A stretch of DNA of 64,000 nt. It comes from an uncultured Candidatus Saccharibacteria bacterium. GTDB lineage: Bacteria > Patescibacteriota > Minisyncoccia > Phycocordibacterales > PALSA-1337. How positions within the stretch are numbered: the stretch's first letter is position 1; each line of letters opens with the position of its first letter. The notes under the pieces were generated by a model. That model made no database searches. It was given only the letters and a program-made list of their open reading frames with translations, and was not told where the DNA came from. The position numbers were made by a program, and so were the translations under genes. The stretch is from the NCBI GenBank assembly GCA_964412585.1, contig CAYPPJ010000002.1, positions 77,720-141,719 on the forward strand, given 5' to 3'. Below are positions 1 through 9,069 of this stretch, piece by piece.

Positions 1-1376
1 TCGAGCTTGAGTAGCTCAAGAGTTTTCTTTTGCAAATATTCTTCTGTATTTAGTTTCGGATCGTCCAGAACCTCTTCCATAAGAGCATTCAAAACTAAAC
101 CTATTTTTGGTCCAGCAGGCATCTCCCCTATTTCCATGATCTTTTTACCATCAATATTGAGCATTGTTACAGATATCGGATCACGCAGGGCCTCTTCAAC
201 CATTGATTTGTATTTTCTCAAACGATAAGGGTCTGCCTTGGGCCTACCAGTCCCTATACGATCGCAAATACGAACGTTCATCAAATCCCAAATATTATCC
301 TTACCCACGTTAGCGACCATCCTGCGCACTGCAGAAAGTGTAATTGCTTCTGTGTCTGTAAAAAACATATGCCAGCGCACAAGGGTTGTGATTTTTTCGA
401 TAGTTACACGTGAAAACTTGAGTCTTTCGAGTATTTTGCGTGTTTCACGTGAACCAACTACCTCATGCCCGTAGAAGGTCGGCTGGCCAGTTACACGTGA
501 AACACCCTTTGTCTGAGGTTTTGCGATATCATGAAAAAGTGCAGAAAGCCTTATTTCTAGGCCCCAATTGCTATCTGCCGCATGCTGAAGACTGCGCAGG
601 AGGTGTTCCCAGACGGTAAAAGCGTGAGCTTGGTTCTGTGAAACTCCAATCCCCCTCTCGAGTTCGGGTATGAAATGTTTAAGGAGGCCGGTTTCATGGA
701 GGAGTTCGATTCCCTTCATAGGGCTTGGTGAGAGCACGATTTTTACAAACTCATCACGGATTCTCTCGAGCGAAACATCTTTGATCGTAGAACTAAGCTC
801 ATGTATTGCTGCCAAAGTTCCCTTTTCGAGCGAAAAGCCGAGTTCCACTGCAAAACGTAGAGCTCGCATCATGCGGAGCGCGTCCTCATTGAAACGGTCT
901 CGGGGATCCCCTACGGTCTGGATGATTTTGTCCTTTATTGCGGCGAATCCCCCGTATAAGTCGATTATGTCCTTTATCGCACCTTTTGAAAGAGACACTG
1001 CTATCGCATTTACCGTGAAGTCTCTGCGCTTGAGGTCATCTTCTATCTTGTCGCTAAAGTGTACTTGGTCTGGATGGCGACGATCGGAGTACCCTGTTTC
1101 GAGGCGGTATGGCGTGACTTCAACATTGCGTAAAGAAATTTCCTCTGTTGCCTCATTGATAACAACCACCGTCCCGAACGTATTTTCGTAAACAGTTTTA
1201 ACAAAAAGCCCTTGAATTTGCTCCGGAGTGGCGTTCGTAGTCACGTCCCAGTCTTTCGGAGTTCTTCCGAGGAATAGATCACGTACACAACCTCCAACCA
1301 GATATGCCTGAAAACCTCCCTTCTCAAGAGTTTCGACAATAGATACAATCTCGCCCGGAATAGGGCTATTTTTCAT
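1..1376 (-). CDS. cca: CCA tRNA nucleotidyltransferase / poly(A) polymerase family with HD domain (3' end outside window)
   Basis: Manual translation from ATG at 1376: LVGGCVRDLFLGRTPKDWDVTT, RRDFTVNAIA, EDALRMMRALRFA, SLERIRDEF, LFHDIAKP. Open to the window edge, so it is absent from the ORF track. Confidence 0.93.
   Translation of the reverse strand, partial: MKNSPIPGEIVSIVETLEKGGFQAYLVGGCVRDLFLGRTPKDWDVTTNATPEQIQGLFVKTVYENTFGTVVVINEATEEISLRNVEVTPYRLETGYSDRRHPDQVHFSDKIEDDLKRRDFTVNAIAVSLSKGAIKDIIDLYGGFAAIKDKIIQTVGDPRDRFNEDALRMMRALRFAVELGFSLEKGTLAAIHELSSTIKDVSLERIRDEFVKIVLSPSPMKGIELLHETGLLKHFIPELERGIGVSQNQAHAFTVWEHLLRSLQHAADSNWGLEIRLSALFHDIAKPQTKGVSRVTGQPTFYGHEVVGSRETRKILERLKFSRVTIEKITTLVRWHMFFTDTEAITLSAVRRMVANVGKDNIWDLMNVRICDRIGTGRPKADPYRLRKYKSMVEEALRDPISVTMLNIDGKKIMEIGEMPAGPKIGLVLNALMEEVLDDPKLNTEEYLQKKTLELLKL
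402..504. promoter_or_regulatory. Three parS-like palindromes inside cca (402-417, 441-456, 489-504)
   Basis: agttacacgtgaaaac, tgtttcacgtgaacca and agttacacgtgaaaca match the consensus TGTTTCACGTGAAACA at 12, 15 and 14 of 16. Confidence 0.75.
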
Positions 1377-1451
1377 GCTTTTTGCAGGCATTGCGTAGTT
1401 ATTGTAGTACAATTTGGGCTTTTTTACTAACTAGGTTAGTATGTAGACATT

Positions 1452-1526
1452 GCGCCCGTGGTGAAATGGATATCATATTTGTCTTCGGAACAAACGTTGG
1501 GGGTTCGAATCCCTCCGGGCGCACCA
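1452..1526 (+). tRNA. tRNA-Arg (anticodon TCG), CCA encoded
   Basis: Acceptor gcgcccg/cgggcgc, anticodon arm tttgt-cttcgga-acaaa, T loop ggttcgaatcc, 3' acca. Confidence 0.95.
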
Positions 1527-1594
1527 GATCAGAGGAGAATATTTGTGGAAATCGGAAACATACGTTATACTTGCCACGTTACATTATTGAAAAC

Positions 1595-1665
1595 GCGGGT
1601 ATAGTTTAGTGGTAGAATGCGTCCTTGCCAAGGACGAGATGGGAGTTCGATTCTCCCTACCCGCA
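1595..1665 (+). tRNA. tRNA-Gly (GCC)
   Basis: Acceptor gcgggta/tacccgc, anticodon arm cgtcc-ttgccaa-ggacg, gttcgatt T loop; CCA not encoded. Confidence 0.95.
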
Positions 1666-1771
1666 CAGAAATTCCCCTCCTCACATTGGAAATTAATGCA
1701 CCCAGTGCTTTTGTTGCTACCCAGATCCGGCTCGCAGGAATAATAAAGGACATTTTCCAGTATTTCGAACG

Positions 1772-1867
1772 TTATCCCCGCCTTTTTGATGAATTTGCCA
1801 AAATATGGCTTAAAATCGTTAAAGTATCAGACAAACTGTGTATAACTGTGGATAACTCTGGGGGTAA
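1772..1867. promoter_or_regulatory. DnaA-box cluster, candidate oriC
   Basis: TGTGTATAA (1837-1845) and TGTGGATAA (1847-1855) are perfect TTATNCACA boxes in tandem. Two-mismatch boxes lie at 1772-1780 and 1859-1867, within an AT-rich non-coding stretch of about 460 bp. Confidence 0.6.
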
Positions 1868-2070
1868 CGGGCATAAAAGACAGAAAATATGGCTTATTAT
1901 CGTTAAAATGGCTCTAACTGGAGGTCTTATATGTATTTTATCAGTAAACCATCCGAGATACCCATATTTTAGGCCATATTCTACCACTCTCGTTTTAAAA
2001 GTCAGGACAAATGTGTTGAAAATCGACAAATATGACTGTTGTAATCCGTGTAAGTAGATAAAGTGCCTTA

Positions 2071-2318
2071 TGTTTCACAAGAAACATTTCACGTGAACCG
2101 TTTAATCATAATATCTCTATGAAATAGTCATGAATACAAGGAAAATTGGCAATTTAGGTGAAGATCTGGCTTGTACCCACCTTATTCGGAGTGGTTATAA
2201 GATTGTTGATCGAAATTACCAAAGAAAGTGGGGTGAAATCGATATTATTGCCACAAAAGACGGAATTACTCACTTTTTTGAGGTGAAAAGTGTGACGGCC
2301 GACTTTTCACGTGTAACA
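2071..2318. promoter_or_regulatory. Three further parS-like sites (2071-2086, 2085-2100, 2303-2318)
   Basis: tgtttcacaagaaaca, catttcacgtgaaccg and cttttcacgtgtaaca (the last inside yraN). Confidence 0.65.
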
Positions 2319-2507
2319 GATGCGCATACTCCAGAGGAAAACGTTCATCGGTATAAGCTAAAGCATATCGGGAGGATGATAGAAACCTATTTGTCCGATA
2401 GAGATGGTGGGGCAATAGGGGAGTTTCAATTTCATGTACTTACTGTACGAATGAATCAGGTTACTCGTACGGCCCAGATAAGGTGGATAAAAAACATAAT
2501 AATCTGA
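2130..2507 (+). CDS. yraN: YraN family (UPF0102) endonuclease-like protein
   Basis: GNLGEDLA...GYKIVDRNY...GEIDIIA...FFEVK signature. Confidence 0.9.
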   Translation: MNTRKIGNLGEDLACTHLIRSGYKIVDRNYQRKWGEIDIIATKDGITHFFEVKSVTADFSRVTDAHTPEENVHRYKLKHIGRMIETYLSDRDGGAIGEFQFHVLTVRMNQVTRTAQIRWIKNIII

Positions 2508-2564
2508 CGAATCTTTCATTTTCGCTCGTGTATTTTGCAAGCCTGTGCTAGTATTGTCGCATTA

Positions 2565-2637
2565 CGGAGCGTGGTGTAACGGCTAACATTTCTGTTTTGG
2601 GAACAGAAGACTCCGGGTTCGAATCCCGGCGCTCCGA
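2565..2637 (+). tRNA. tRNA-Pro (TGG)
   Basis: Acceptor cggagcg/cgctccg, anticodon arm tctgt-tttggga-acaga, ggttcgaatcc. Confidence 0.93.
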
Positions 2638-2669
2638 CACGAAGGGTGGTCATGATATACTATCACGAC

Positions 2670-3113
2670 ATGGTTCACGGCATATTTAATTTTTTCGATA
2701 AGCTCGAAGACCGTATACGCGGACATTTGAGCCGTTTTCCTATTCTATACACAATCATCGGTGGTATCGCGATCGTGCTGTTCTGGCGTGGCGTATGGCA
2801 CACAGCGGACATTCTGCAAGCAAAGGGGGGAGTGCTTGGTTTTATTTTCTACGAACCCGTCAATTTGCTTCTTGTGCTCGCGGTATTGCTCGCGACAGGA
2901 CTTTTTGTCTCATATTTTATTGGTGACACGATACTGATCAGTGGTCTGCGCAAAGAAAAAAAGATTCATGAGAAGACGGAAAAGGAAATAAAGGAGGAAG
3001 AGGCGACACTCAATGATATAAAAAAAGTTGTTAAAGAATTGAAAAATGAGGTTGATGAGATCAAAGACGCGGTCAAGGAAGATCATCGGATGCATCACGG
3101 AGAGGGGAAGTAG
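2670..3113 (+). CDS. Hypothetical membrane protein (2 TM helices, C-terminal coiled coil)
   Basis: ORF with two hydrophobic segments; start set at the ATG that follows a TATACT -10 element. Confidence 0.75.
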   Translation: MVHGIFNFFDKLEDRIRGHLSRFPILYTIIGGIAIVLFWRGVWHTADILQAKGGVLGFIFYEPVNLLLVLAVLLATGLFVSYFIGDTILISGLRKEKKIHEKTEKEIKEEEATLNDIKKVVKELKNEVDEIKDAVKEDHRMHHGEGK

Positions 3114-3160
3114 TCGTTGATTTTCAAACCAGCAATTATCTGCTAGGATAGCGAAACAAG

Positions 3161-3231
3161 GCGGGATTAGTTAAATGGTATAATAACAGTTTTCCAAACT
3201 GTGGTCGGGAGTTCGATTCTCCCATCCCGCA
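3161..3231 (+). tRNA. tRNA-Gly (TCC)
   Basis: Acceptor gcgggat/atcccgc, anticodon arm acagt-tttccaa-actgt. Confidence 0.94.
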
Positions 3232-3255
3232 CATTACGAGAATTCTATCTATAAT

Positions 3256-3891
3256 ATGTCCATCAAATTCAACGAAGTTACCTGGTACTCAAAGCTCGGC
3301 GCAATCATTTTATTTATTCTCGTCGTTCCTTGCCTTACGTTCTATATTGGCCGCCAATACGAGGCGACTGTTATCATCACCGAAGGTTTACATACTCCTA
3401 GTGATTCTAGTCTTACCCCACATGCAAAACCAACATCTGTATCTATGACGCCTGTAGGCGACCCACTCAATGCAACTTACACTATTGACGGTGAACAGAT
3501 AACTTTAGTAAATGGCCTCTCATCACAATCAGTTGCGGGGAGTGCTGGTTCGCTCGAGACACGTGCATTTGGCAAGCCAGTCTACGGCGATCTCAATGGT
3601 GATGGTAAGCAAGACGCGATTCTTTTCCTCTATCAAGAGACTTCAGGCACAGGCATATTCTTTTATGTAGCAGCCGCCGTCAATCAGAATGGTTCATACA
3701 AAACTACGAATACCATTTTCCTTGGCGATCGTGTTTCACCAATGAATATAAATATTAAGGATGGGGAGGCAGCAGTAAACTATGTTGTTCGTCGAGATAA
3801 TGCACCAATGACCGAGGCTCCTTCAGTTGGTGTTAGTAAATATATGAAGATCAAGAATGGGGAATTGGTAGAGAATATTTCCGCAAAATAG
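3256..3891 (+). CDS. Hypothetical membrane-anchored extracellular protein
   Basis: N-terminal TM helix; GDLNGDGKQDA Ca-binding-like loop. Confidence 0.75.
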   Translation: MSIKFNEVTWYSKLGAIILFILVVPCLTFYIGRQYEATVIITEGLHTPSDSSLTPHAKPTSVSMTPVGDPLNATYTIDGEQITLVNGLSSQSVAGSAGSLETRAFGKPVYGDLNGDGKQDAILFLYQETSGTGIFFYVAAAVNQNGSYKTTNTIFLGDRVSPMNINIKDGEAAVNYVVRRDNAPMTEAPSVGVSKYMKIKNGELVENISAK

Positions 3892-4629
3892 TTAGAGTGT
3901 TCCTTCCCACAATATCTCAAATACTGATCGGAAGATGTCTACCATGGCTGGTATTGCTACAACGACCGCCAGCGCCTTCACCTCTGGACCGATAATAACA
4001 ATCTTGTCGTCATAAATATCAATAGTGCTCTTGAAATTATATTTTTCAGGCAAATATTTGAATGAACGCAAGAGTTTCGGATCATTCTGACCTTCTTCGG
4101 CGCGTGAATCGTGCGAGAGAAGTAATTTGACCCTGGTGTTTCGAGTTGCGCGCTTTTTGCGGAATGAAACGAGAAAGTCGCGGTCAATATTCAAGAATCC
4201 GGAGACACTGCCGATGATGTAGTACTCGCGATCGCGATATTCATCGAGGATGTTGTTGTAAAACGCTTCAAGCTCGCGTTTTGACTTGATCATGCGTACG
4301 CCATACTCTTTGAGCTCTTGTCCCTGCATGCGTTCGAGTACGGGAATGATCCTGGTGAGTGAGTTGAGCTTGTTCTCATACAGGGAAGTCAGCTTGCTTG
4401 GCCGAATAGGGGTAAAAAACTTCTTGCTACCTTGATCGGAAGCTATGACAACGCCATGCGAGATGAGGCGCTCAAGCAAGGGGTAGGCAGTGGTGCGTTT
4501 GAGGCCCATAGCAGAGGCCAATTGGGTGGCAGAAGCACCACCGAGCTCGATGAGCTTCACATACACAGAAACCTCTTGTTCTGAGAGGCCAAATTCACCC
4601 AAAACGCCTTTAATTTCATCATTATTCAT
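3892..4629 (-). CDS. TrmB-family wHTH transcriptional regulator (copy 1)
   Basis: LGEFGLSEQEVSVYVKL...GLKRTTAYPLLERLISHGVV wHTH, followed by a C-terminal effector domain (IDIYDDKIVII). Confidence 0.88.
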   Translation of the reverse strand: MNNDEIKGVLGEFGLSEQEVSVYVKLIELGGASATQLASAMGLKRTTAYPLLERLISHGVVIASDQGSKKFFTPIRPSKLTSLYENKLNSLTRIIPVLERMQGQELKEYGVRMIKSKRELEAFYNNILDEYRDREYYIIGSVSGFLNIDRDFLVSFRKKRATRNTRVKLLLSHDSRAEEGQNDPKLLRSFKYLPEKYNFKSTIDIYDDKIVIIGPEVKALAVVVAIPAMVDIFRSVFEILWEGTL

Positions 4630-4753
4630 TGTTGTTAAAAAATTACGACAATAATGCAAATTAAGTATAATATATTCGTAAATAAAGTCAAATTGAACAT
4701 TAATTTGTTAATAAATATTGACAAATGAGGTGGAATGGTATATACTATAGGGT

Positions 4754-5875
4754 ATGAAAACAAAAATCATTTCAATTATTGTTGTTTTGGCTATTATTGT
4801 CGTATTAGTGGCGACTTTGGGAGGTAAAACAGCACAATCTATAAAAATAGGTGCTTTGTACCCGCTTACTGGGGGATTGGCTTCATATGGTGAGCCGGCA
4901 TTCAACGCGGCCAAGCTTGCCGTTGAGGATATCAATGCGTCGGGTGGTATTAACGGCGCGCAGCTCGAACTAGTCGCGGAAGATCACGCGTGTGATCCAA
5001 AAGTTGCGGTGTCTGCGTACAACAAATTGGTTAAGACAGAAAATATTCACATCCTCACATCAGTTGCGTGTACGGGAACGGTTCTGGCGTTGGTGCCAAA
5101 TCTTGAGAAAGATAACGTCGTGCTTCTTGGAACAGTGACCAGCGGAAATAAATTAACAAATGTTTCACCAAACTTTTTTCGTAACTGGGCATCAGATCGA
5201 CAAGAGTCAAAGTTGCTCGCTGAACGAATCATCAAAAATAAATACCAAAGTGTAGCGACATTGAACGAAGAAACAGATTATGCGAAAGGCTTGGTCGTGT
5301 CGCTCGGCGAATTTCTCAAAGACTCGGCGGTAAAGATATCGAGCGAATCATTCGCTTCTGGTTCTGCCGATGTGCGTACTCAGCTTGCAAAGTTACAGGC
5401 GCTCAAAACTGACGTCGTGTTCATCAGTGTGCAGACAGTGACGACAGGTGAGATGGTGTTGAAGCAGATCGGACAGCTCAATTTCAAGCCGAAGGTATTA
5501 TTTGTGAATGATAATATTTTGAAAGCGACTTCTCTAGTCAAAGATCATGCGCAATTGCTCGAAGGCGCAATTGGAGGAGACTATGTGTTTGAAGTTGGAG
5601 GCAAAGCCGGTGAATTTCTTGCAAAGTATCGCATGGCATACGGCGCAGATTGCCCGCAGATAAATATCTGTTTGGCCGAATATGACGCTATTCAAATGCT
5701 CGCGGAAGGGCTTAAAACAAAGGGGGATTCATTCTTGCAGGTGAGGCGGTATTTGACGGGCAGTGAATACACTGGGTTAAGTGGAAGGATTTCCTTCGAT
5801 GCCAACCATGATCGCGAGGGCGCGGAGTATTCGTTGTTTGAGATTAGGGGAGGAAAGGTGGAGGTGGTGAAATAA
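4754..5875 (+). CDS. LivK/type-1 periplasmic-binding-fold substrate-binding protein (copy 1)
   Basis: N-terminal anchor followed by IKIGALYPLTG...AVEDINASGGING.LELVAEDHACDP. Confidence 0.9.
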   Translation: MKTKIISIIVVLAIIVVLVATLGGKTAQSIKIGALYPLTGGLASYGEPAFNAAKLAVEDINASGGINGAQLELVAEDHACDPKVAVSAYNKLVKTENIHILTSVACTGTVLALVPNLEKDNVVLLGTVTSGNKLTNVSPNFFRNWASDRQESKLLAERIIKNKYQSVATLNEETDYAKGLVVSLGEFLKDSAVKISSESFASGSADVRTQLAKLQALKTDVVFISVQTVTTGEMVLKQIGQLNFKPKVLFVNDNILKATSLVKDHAQLLEGAIGGDYVFEVGGKAGEFLAKYRMAYGADCPQINICLAEYDAIQMLAEGLKTKGDSFLQVRRYLTGSEYTGLSGRISFDANHDREGAEYSLFEIRGGKVEVVK

Positions 5876-5910
5876 GCAATATGCAAAAAGTGCATAATGC
5901 TTTTACATTA

Positions 5911-5942
5911 AAAACCCCGTCCGGAAAATCCGAACGGGGTTT
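5911..5942. terminator. Bidirectional intrinsic terminator
   Basis: aaaaccccgt-ccggaaaatccga-acggggttt between convergent genes. Confidence 0.7.
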
Positions 5943-5955
5943 GCGACTCTGGAAG

Positions 5956-6699
5956 TCAGTTGAACTTGTACGAGACGCCGCTCCAGACCATGGCGTCCGT
6001 GCTCCGCTTGTTGCTCATCATCGGCACGTACCAATTCATCCCGAAAACATTTACCGTGAGATGTTTGTTGGCATGCCAGTCGAGGCCGAGGTTGCCGCGC
6101 CAGAAGAATCCGCGTCCCGATCCGATGGTGCCGGTATCATACACTAGCAGTGCTGAAGCGTGCGTACCGACTTTCTCCTGGCAGAAGTTCTTCGAGGTAC
6201 TGACACCCAGACTGAAGAGGTGTCCTCCTTCAAAGCCGCTTCCAGGCAATGGCGTGAAGTTCTCGTATCCAGCTGTGACCGCGAAGTTTGTAAAGCTTCT
6301 GGTCAGGTATATAACTGGATGGAGAATATCACCTCGCCCGAGAGACAGTGCCTTCGGCTCGTCAAAGTAGGTGATGCCCACTTTGAGTGAGAGGTTCTCT
6401 GCGATTTGACCCTTCCAGCCGATGGCGTAGTCAACTTCGTTGCCGAAGCTGCCGTCATCCCATGAGCCTTTGAGACTGCGAGAGACCGCGAGGTCAGCGT
6501 AGATACCATTCGCAAAAGACACGAAGATATCCGACTGAATCACGGGGTCAGACGAGAGCGGATTGCCCGTCTCGAAGCCGAGGTACTGATTGGCGACGTA
6601 CGACGATAACGTGATCGTCGGCCAACTTTTCTCTTCGGCGCGGACAGAGGTGATGGAGACTGCGGACGCGATAAGGGCAAGGAACAATGTGCTTTTCAT
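5956..6699 (-). CDS. Secreted beta-barrel-like protein, resembling TorF/Gcw_chp putative porins
   Basis: Cleavable signal peptide (VRA-EE), amphipathic strands (EVDYAIGWKGQI, LSLKVGITYF), C-terminal GVSYKFN resembling a beta-signal. Confidence 0.6.
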   Translation of the reverse strand: MKSTLFLALIASAVSITSVRAEEKSWPTITLSSYVANQYLGFETGNPLSSDPVIQSDIFVSFANGIYADLAVSRSLKGSWDDGSFGNEVDYAIGWKGQIAENLSLKVGITYFDEPKALSLGRGDILHPVIYLTRSFTNFAVTAGYENFTPLPGSGFEGGHLFSLGVSTSKNFCQEKVGTHASALLVYDTGTIGSGRGFFWRGNLGLDWHANKHLTVNVFGMNWYVPMMSNKRSTDAMVWSGVSYKFN

Positions 6700-6821
6700 A
6701 ATGTGAGGGTCTTTCTTGGTTTGTGATTGTGAATGTTCTGCGTTGTTACTCTATGAGCCCTCGACACCATGTCGTCGGCTCAATGAAGTGGAGGAAGGGT
6801 GGGCTTCCTCCGTGGGGAAGT

Positions 6822-7169
6822 TTAGGAAACCCATCCGGACCGGAAAGCTTTTTCCTTGGGTGGCTTTACACCTTTTCGTAATACGACGAGATGGCCAGTA
6901 GTACTCCCGTCTTTCAAGTGTTTCTTGATGAACTTTGAGATTGGGTTAGGGAGTGGGCCGACTGGATTTCGGTAGGTGTACATCTTGAATTCGTGACGTG
7001 TGCCATCGCTCGATCCGGGACGGCGGCGAGGGTTTCCACCGAGAACAATCCTCGAGGACTCTTCCTCAATTCGATACCATTGTCCGTTGATTTGCACGAC
7101 CCAAGAATGGTCATTGTCATAAGGTTGCGGGACTCCGTTGGGTATTTCAACTCCAGTTGGTGTTTTCAT
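6822..7169 (-). CDS. Hypothetical protein
   Basis: 115-aa ORF with ATG start downstream of a TTGACA promoter (about 7311-7316, minus strand) and a structured leader. Confidence 0.55.
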   Translation of the reverse strand: MKTPTGVEIPNGVPQPYDNDHSWVVQINGQWYRIEEESSRIVLGGNPRRRPGSSDGTRHEFKMYTYRNPVGPLPNPISKFIKKHLKDGSTTGHLVVLRKGVKPPKEKAFRSGWVS

Positions 7170-7424
7170 AGTATTGAGTTCGGTTAGGGGATTCAGTTCG
7201 CAGACGATAGTGTCAGCGTGTCACTGTCTCCCCAGTCCCGAACTCAATCTACTGTATTCAAGGTACTTTCCTTTACTTACTTGTATAATTATTGCATAAT
7301 TTGTCCGAATTGTCAATTAAAAAATCACAAATAAAGCCTTGTTTTCCAATATATATTGATAAATAAGGCTAAAAATGTGTCAACAAAGTATTGACAACAT
7401 AGGGGTATCTGCTACACTTTAGGC

Positions 7425-8192
7425 ATGATTGATGAAACGTTAAAGAAATTGGGTTTTAGCGACAAGGAGATACTGGTGTATCTGACTATTCTTGAGAATG
7501 GCAAGGTTTTACCAGCTACCATATCCTCTATTACGCACATAAAACGCCCTACGGTATATGCGATAGGCAAAGAATTGGTCAAAAAAGGCATTATTACGCA
7601 GGACGTAGAAGGAGCAGGAGGTTATTTTGTCGCTTTACCGCCACAGCACCTCAATACAATCGTAGAAAAAGAGGAAAGGGATATTATTGCAAAGAAAAAG
7701 ATTATTAAAGAGGCAATTAGTGAACTCGAGAATGTGCCAAAATCCAAATCATACTCAGTTCCGAAGATGCGCTTTATTGATGAGTACAACATAAAAGATT
7801 TTCTTTACAGACAGACGCCTATGTGGGAGGAGAGTATGATTCGTAGTGGAGATCTGACATGGTGGGGATTTCAAGATCATACAATTCTTGAAACTAAGGA
7901 GTATGTTGACTGGATAGATTGGTATTGGAAAATAGGTTCAGAGAAGATTGATCTCAAACTCATTTCAAACGATTCGGCAATTGAGGCTAAGATGGCTGAG
8001 AAGAAATATCCAAGGCGCGCCATCAAATTTTGGAAAAATGAATTTAAATTTACTGCAACCAACTTTATTATGGGGGACTACGTCGTATTTTTCATGACTG
8101 GCCAGCGCCCGCACTATCTAGTTGAGATCCACGATGCTGTGTATGCGCAAAATATGAGACAAGTTTTTAGAAACTTGTGGGAGATTATTTAG
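7425..8192 (+). CDS. TrmB-family regulator (copy 2, no adjacent binding protein)
   Basis: LKKLGFSDKEILVYLTIL...HIKRPTVYAIGKELVKKGII. Confidence 0.88.
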   Translation: MIDETLKKLGFSDKEILVYLTILENGKVLPATISSITHIKRPTVYAIGKELVKKGIITQDVEGAGGYFVALPPQHLNTIVEKEERDIIAKKKIIKEAISELENVPKSKSYSVPKMRFIDEYNIKDFLYRQTPMWEESMIRSGDLTWWGFQDHTILETKEYVDWIDWYWKIGSEKIDLKLISNDSAIEAKMAEKKYPRRAIKFWKNEFKFTATNFIMGDYVVFFMTGQRPHYLVEIHDAVYAQNMRQVFRNLWEII

Positions 8193-9003
8193 TTTCACTA
8201 TCGAGCCCTTCCAAAAATGCATCAGTATACTGCGGCTCTGCTTTGACTGGCTTAGATAGATCCCATATAGCTTCAAATTGGGTTTTCATGAGATTGGCAA
8301 AGTCTCTGCTGTGAATAATGAAGCCGAATGATTCCTTCTGGGAAGAAATAAAGGCGACCTTGTCTTCGTACATCCAATAGCCCATATCCCAAGCCATATC
8401 CTTTGGTGCAAGACGGATTTCGCGTAGATGTCCGCCACCAACGCCCAGAAAAGGATATTTTTTAAAATCTTGTTTGGATCCGTGTGGATATATCCCGCGA
8501 ATAGAAATGTTTCTTTTAATTCGTTTTTTGTTGAGCTCCTCGAGATAGTCGGCACCAAGGACGTTCAGGACCTCACTCATGGGCCACATAATGGTGGTGT
8601 TAATATTTCGGTGCCACATAATATGATTCATCACTTGTTGCAAACCTTCTTTGCCAGAATAAAACTTGATCTTTGGCTCGGTGAAGCTCGTCTGCTTGAG
8701 TAGGGTAGGTAATAGTTTCTTGAAAGATGCCTTTTCAGTTTCGAGTGAGTCAATTTTTGATTGGAGAAGGTTGGGAATATTATGTACATCATCTACTGAG
8801 AATATTTTTTTATTTTCTTCATCTCGTTCACTGACGAGTCCGTGTTGGATCAGTATTTTAATGTTGTCATACACTGATGGTCGGGGAATACCGAGCCTTT
8901 CTGCAACAAGTCGAGCGGTTGAAGGCCCTTTTTCGAGAAGACTGGTAAAAATCTTTTGGGCCTGAAGAGGCAGATTGAGTTCGTGGAGGATTTTATCAAG
9001 CAT
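8185..9003 (-). CDS. TrmB-family regulator (copy 3)
   Basis: GIPRPSVYDNIKILIQHGLV wHTH; PKIKFYSGKEGL linker. Confidence 0.88.
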   Translation of the reverse strand: MLDKILHELNLPLQAQKIFTSLLEKGPSTARLVAERLGIPRPSVYDNIKILIQHGLVSERDEENKKIFSVDDVHNIPNLLQSKIDSLETEKASFKKLLPTLLKQTSFTEPKIKFYSGKEGLQQVMNHIMWHRNINTTIMWPMSEVLNVLGADYLEELNKKRIKRNISIRGIYPHGSKQDFKKYPFLGVGGGHLREIRLAPKDMAWDMGYWMYEDKVAFISSQKESFGFIIHSRDFANLMKTQFEAIWDLSKPVKAEPQYTDAFLEGLDSETK

Positions 9004-9069
9004 AGTATATATTTGTCGATTTTCGCCGACAGATTTACAATACCACAGCTTCGGGTTATGCTCAAGCCC

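Noticed and set aside
670-1191. Long antisense or alternate-frame ORFs (also 13046-13657, 17584-18228, 40542-41129)
   Set aside because: These are shadows of well-supported genes on the opposite strand.
1617-2057. 146-aa ORF and the opposite 85-aa ORF
   Set aside because: The longer ORF overlaps tRNA-Gly, both cover the DnaA-box region, and neither has a recognisable motif.
1452-3231. tRNA genes as an island integration site
   Set aside because: No integrase and no duplicated tRNA 3' end were seen in the window.
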